Shown piece after piece: positions 61,046 to 64,000 of a stretch of DNA of 64,000 nucleotides. Made by a program: the position numbers and the translations under genes. The DNA is taken from positions 13,445 to 77,444 of the forward strand of contig JBLNDB010000038.1 in NCBI GenBank assembly GCA_050261235.1. Reading direction: 5' to 3'. Numbering within the stretch: the stretch's first letter is position 1; every line of letters begins with the position of its first letter. The notes under the pieces are model-generated. The model saw only the letters and a program-made list of their open reading frames with translations, did no database searches and was not told where the DNA came from. Origin of the DNA: Chloroflexota bacterium (GTDB taxonomy: Bacteria; Bacillota; Sulfobacillia; JBFLWA01; JBLNDB01).

Positions 61046-61699
61046 GTGTTCAGTTTCAAGGCGCTCATGTATGCCCTGCCGTTTCTCCTCCGCGGCGTCG
61101 GCCTGACTGTCTGGATCACGGTCATGGCAGTCGCGCTGGGAACGGCCATCGGGCTGCTCGTCGGACTCTGCCGACTCTCGTCCATCAAACCGCTCAGCTG
61201 GCTGGCGACGGTGTATGTCGAAGTCGTCCGCGGCACGCCGTTGCTGGTTCAGTTGTACATTGTCTATTTCGGTCTGCCGCAGATGGGCATTCGCTTCAAC
61301 CAGGTCGGCGCCGCCGTGGCGGCGCTGGCGTTCAACAGCGGCGCCTACGTGTCGGAGATCGTCCGAGCGGGCATTCTCTCGGTCGGCAGAAAGCAGAGCG
61401 AGGCGGCCTATGCTCTCGGCCTGAGCGGGAGCCAGACGATGCGCCTGGTTGTCCTGCCGCAGGCCGTGCGAGTGATGGTTCCGCCGCTTGGCAATGAGTT
61501 CGTGACAATGATCAAGGAGTCGTCTCTGGCGTCGACGATCGGTGCTCAGGAGCTGATCAAGCAGGCGCAGTTCACGACCAGCCGTACCTTCCAGGTCTTC
61601 TCCACGTACATCGGCGTCGCGATCATCTACTTCTGCCTGACCACCGTCACATCGTTCGCTCTGCGACGCGTCGAAAGGCGGGTGAGCCGCGGTGTCTGA
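61046..61699 (+). CDS. Polar amino-acid ABC transporter permease
   Basis: His/Gln/Glu-type permease signature (…[21 protein letters not shown]…, EAAYALGLS). Confidence 0.85.
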   Translation: MFSFKALMYALPFLLRGVGLTVWITVMAVALGTAIGLLVGLCRLSSIKPLSWLATVYVEVVRGTPLLVQLYIVYFGLPQMGIRFNQVGAAVAALAFNSGAYVSEIVRAGILSVGRKQSEAAYALGLSGSQTMRLVVLPQAVRVMVPPLGNEFVTMIKESSLASTIGAQELIKQAQFTTSRTFQVFSTYIGVAIIYFCLTTVTSFALRRVERRVSRGV

Positions 61700-62534
61700 T
61701 GCTGCAACCGCAGTCGGCCCGATTGTCCGGGCCAGCCATATCCGCAAATCGTTCGGCAGCCTGGAGGTTCTGAAGGACATCTCGCTTGAGGTCAACCGGG
61801 GCGAAGTCGTCGTTATCATCGGCCCCTCGGGCTCCGGCAAGTCCACCTTCCTGCGCTGCATCAACAAGCTCGAGCACATTCAGGGCGGCGAAATCGAGGT
61901 CGATGGCCAGCGTATCGACAACGTCCGGCGGATCGAGAACCTCGGCCACCTGATCGGCATGGTGTTTCAGGATTTCCGCCTCTTTCCTCATCTCACCGCT
62001 CGGCAGAACATCACCATGCCGCTGACCAATGTGCTGAAGACGCCAATCGACGAGGCGAACCGGATCGCCGAAGAGATGCTCGCGTTGGTCAAGCTGAGCG
62101 ACAAGATCGACACCTACCCGGTCCAGCTGTCCGGCGGGCAGCAGCAGCGCGTGGCGATTGCCCGCGCGCTGGCGATGAAGCCGAAGCTGATGCTGTTCGA
62201 TGAGCCGACCTCGGCGCTCGATCCGGAGACGGTCGGCGAGGTGCTCGAAGTCATGAAAGACCTCGCGCAGCGGGGCATGACGATGATCGTCGTCTCGCAC
62301 GAGATGGGGTTTGCCCGCGATGTCGCGAGTCGCGTCGTCTTCATCGATGGCGGCGTCATCGTCGAACAGGGCGACCCGCGCCAAGTTTTCACCAACCCGC
62401 GGGAGGAAAGGACGAAGTCCTTCCTGAAGAAAATCCTTCAGGCGAACAATCAGGATTACAGGCCGCACGACGACCCCGCCAGGGCGAAGGCGCCAATGGC
62501 GATCGACCCGACGCGTCACGGCGAGGATCGCTAG
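61692..62534 (+). CDS. Polar amino-acid ABC transporter ATP-binding protein
   Basis: [35 protein letters not shown]; GTG start overlapping the permease end; ~35-aa C-terminal extension. Confidence 0.85.
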   Translation: MSDAATAVGPIVRASHIRKSFGSLEVLKDISLEVNRGEVVVIIGPSGSGKSTFLRCINKLEHIQGGEIEVDGQRIDNVRRIENLGHLIGMVFQDFRLFPHLTARQNITMPLTNVLKTPIDEANRIAEEMLALVKLSDKIDTYPVQLSGGQQQRVAIARALAMKPKLMLFDEPTSALDPETVGEVLEVMKDLAQRGMTMIVVSHEMGFARDVASRVVFIDGGVIVEQGDPRQVFTNPREERTKSFLKKILQANNQDYRPHDDPARAKAPMAIDPTRHGEDR

Positions 62535-62692
62535 CGGGCCAGGGACACCCTGGCCCGCTTTCGCTCGGCGCCGCGGTCTCCGCCGGAATGGCTCTGCCAG
62601 GATGATGGAAACCTACCTCGTTGAGGATTTCCGACGCCGCGGCCGCAGGTTCGCACAGTCCGGCGTCGGGACAGTGACTGGAGGGCGATCCG

Positions 62693-63823
62693 ATGCAGAT
62701 TCGCACGTTTCTCGTCGAACGCTGGATGTCGACCTATGAGAACGACATCCGCCTCAACCTCGCCGAATCGAGCATCAAGCAGTTGACGCTCGATGAGCTA
62801 TTGCGGCTGGCCGAGGAGAACGGCGAGCGCAACGTCCGTGAGCGGATGAACCGGGTCGTCCTGACCTATGACGAGACGCGCGGCACGAGGGAGCTGCGCC
62901 AGGCGATCGCGGCACATTACCGGGCCGCCACCGCCGAGAACGTGCTGGTCACGAACGGCGCCATCGAGGCCAATTACCTCCTGTTCAACACGCTGCTCCG
63001 CCCGGGAGACACCGTCATCTCGATGTTCCCGGCCTACCAGCAGCTCTACACAGTGGCCGAGGCCATCGGCGCCAACGTGAGGCGTTGGGAGGTCCGGGCC
63101 GACAAGGGCTACGTGCCTGATCTGGCCGACCTCGACGCGCTGCTCGACGAGCGGACGACCTTGATCGTCATCAACACGCCGCACAATCCGACCGGCGCCA
63201 TCCTCACCGAAGAGCAGGTGCGGGGCATCTGCGAGCGCGCCGAGCGGATCGGCGCCCGCGTCCTGTCGGACGAGACGTATCAGGGCATCTCGCTCGACGG
63301 CCGGCCGCTCTGCCCGCCGGCCTACAGCATCTCGAACCGGATGATCAGCGTCTGCACCGTCTCGAAGAACCTCGGCCTGGCCGGTCTGCGCATCGGCTGG
63401 ATCGTCGCCGACGAGGAACTCTGCCAGCGCTGCTGGGGCTATCGCGACTACGTGTCGATCTCGTCCGGGCGGCTCAACGATTGGCTGGCCACTATCGCCA
63501 TCAGCTACCGCGACAAGCTGCTCGAGCGCGCCTGCCGCATCGCCCGCACCAACTTCCCGCTGGTCGATGGGTTCATGCGGTCGCATACGCAGTACTTCGA
63601 CTACATTCCGCCGCACGCCGGGCTGCTGATCTTCCCGCGGCTGAAGGTGAACGTCGATTCGGCCACGTTCTGCCGCGAGCTGATCAAGGACCAGGGCGTG
63701 ATGCTGGTGCCCGGGCAGGCCTTCGAGAAGGAGGGCTACTTCCGGGTCGGTTTCGGCGACGACACCGAGCTGCTGCGGGAAGGGCTGGAGAAATTCGGCC
63801 GCTACCTGCAGGAGCGCTACTGA
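62693..63823 (+). CDS. Class I/II pyridoxal-phosphate-dependent aminotransferase
   Basis: …INTPHNPTGA… and SKNLGLAGLRIGW (PLP-lysine region). Confidence 0.8.
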   Translation: MQIRTFLVERWMSTYENDIRLNLAESSIKQLTLDELLRLAEENGERNVRERMNRVVLTYDETRGTRELRQAIAAHYRAATAENVLVTNGAIEANYLLFNTLLRPGDTVISMFPAYQQLYTVAEAIGANVRRWEVRADKGYVPDLADLDALLDERTTLIVINTPHNPTGAILTEEQVRGICERAERIGARVLSDETYQGISLDGRPLCPPAYSISNRMISVCTVSKNLGLAGLRIGWIVADEELCQRCWGYRDYVSISSGRLNDWLATIAISYRDKLLERACRIARTNFPLVDGFMRSHTQYFDYIPPHAGLLIFPRLKVNVDSATFCRELIKDQGVMLVPGQAFEKEGYFRVGFGDDTELLREGLEKFGRYLQERY

Positions 63824-63867
63824 GCGGCGACTTAACGGGCCTCGGCTCGCCTCCCGGAGGTATGCGC

Positions 63868-64000
63868 ATGATCACACTCAGCGATGTCATTGCCGCCAAT
63901 GCCCGCATCAGGCCGTACCTGCGCCCGACGCCGCTGCTCCATTCAGAACCGCTCAGCCGCCTGGCCGGGCGTCCCGTTCACCTCAAGCTCGACTGCTGGC
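63868..64000 (+). CDS. PLP-dependent threonine dehydratase/Trp-synthase-beta-fold enzyme (3'-truncated at window edge)
   Basis: ATG 7 nt after GGAGG; the N-terminus …IRPYLRPTPLLHSEPLS…LKLD is typical of the threonine dehydratase/serine racemase family; runs off the window. Confidence 0.55.
   Translation, partial: MITLSDVIAANARIRPYLRPTPLLHSEPLSRLAGRPVHLKLDCW

Overview
This is a high-GC (roughly 65-70%) chromosomal window from an endospore-forming, Firmicutes/Clostridia-like bacterium. Sporulation genes (spoIID, an M23 SpoIIQ-like protein, spoIIID) sit in Bacillus-type order with housekeeping genes. Most of the window is core genome with strongly conserved synteny: murA-spoIID-(M23)-...-spoIIID-mreB/mbl; SAM riboswitch-metK; comFC-csp-hpf-...-secA-prfB (with the programmed +1 frameshift); split transketolase; ftsE-ftsX-M23(coiled coil)-S41 protease; uvrB...uvrA; CIRCE-groES-groEL; an amino-acid ABC transporter and an aminotransferase. 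Several accessory blocks interrupt this core. (1) A dtxR-feoB iron-uptake operon with a DtxR/IdeR-type iron box. (2) A GGDEF cyclase and an HD-GYP phosphodiesterase that share a homologous polytopic N-terminal membrane domain, the latter lying inside a 4-kb insertion between hpf and secA that also carries two uncharacterised proteins. (3) An HD (dNTPase/SAMHD1-like) phosphohydrolase and a PhnD-like lipoprotein inserted, translationally coupled, between uvrB and uvrA. (4) A cell-envelope stress module with two tandem ECF sigma/anti-sigma pairs, a PspC-domain protein, two LiaF-like DUF4097 paralogs and a TPR protein. (5) Unusual non-coding features: a DnaA-box cluster in an AT-rich spacer upstream of csp, 75-bp tandem repeats after uvrA, a repeat- and hairpin-rich region after groEL, and a proline-rich uORF overlapping the secA start. 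No rRNA, tRNA, CRISPR array or obvious mobile element was seen. Gene starts were set from RBS and spacing; minus-strand and antisense ORFs in this GC-rich DNA are mostly spurious and were rejected.
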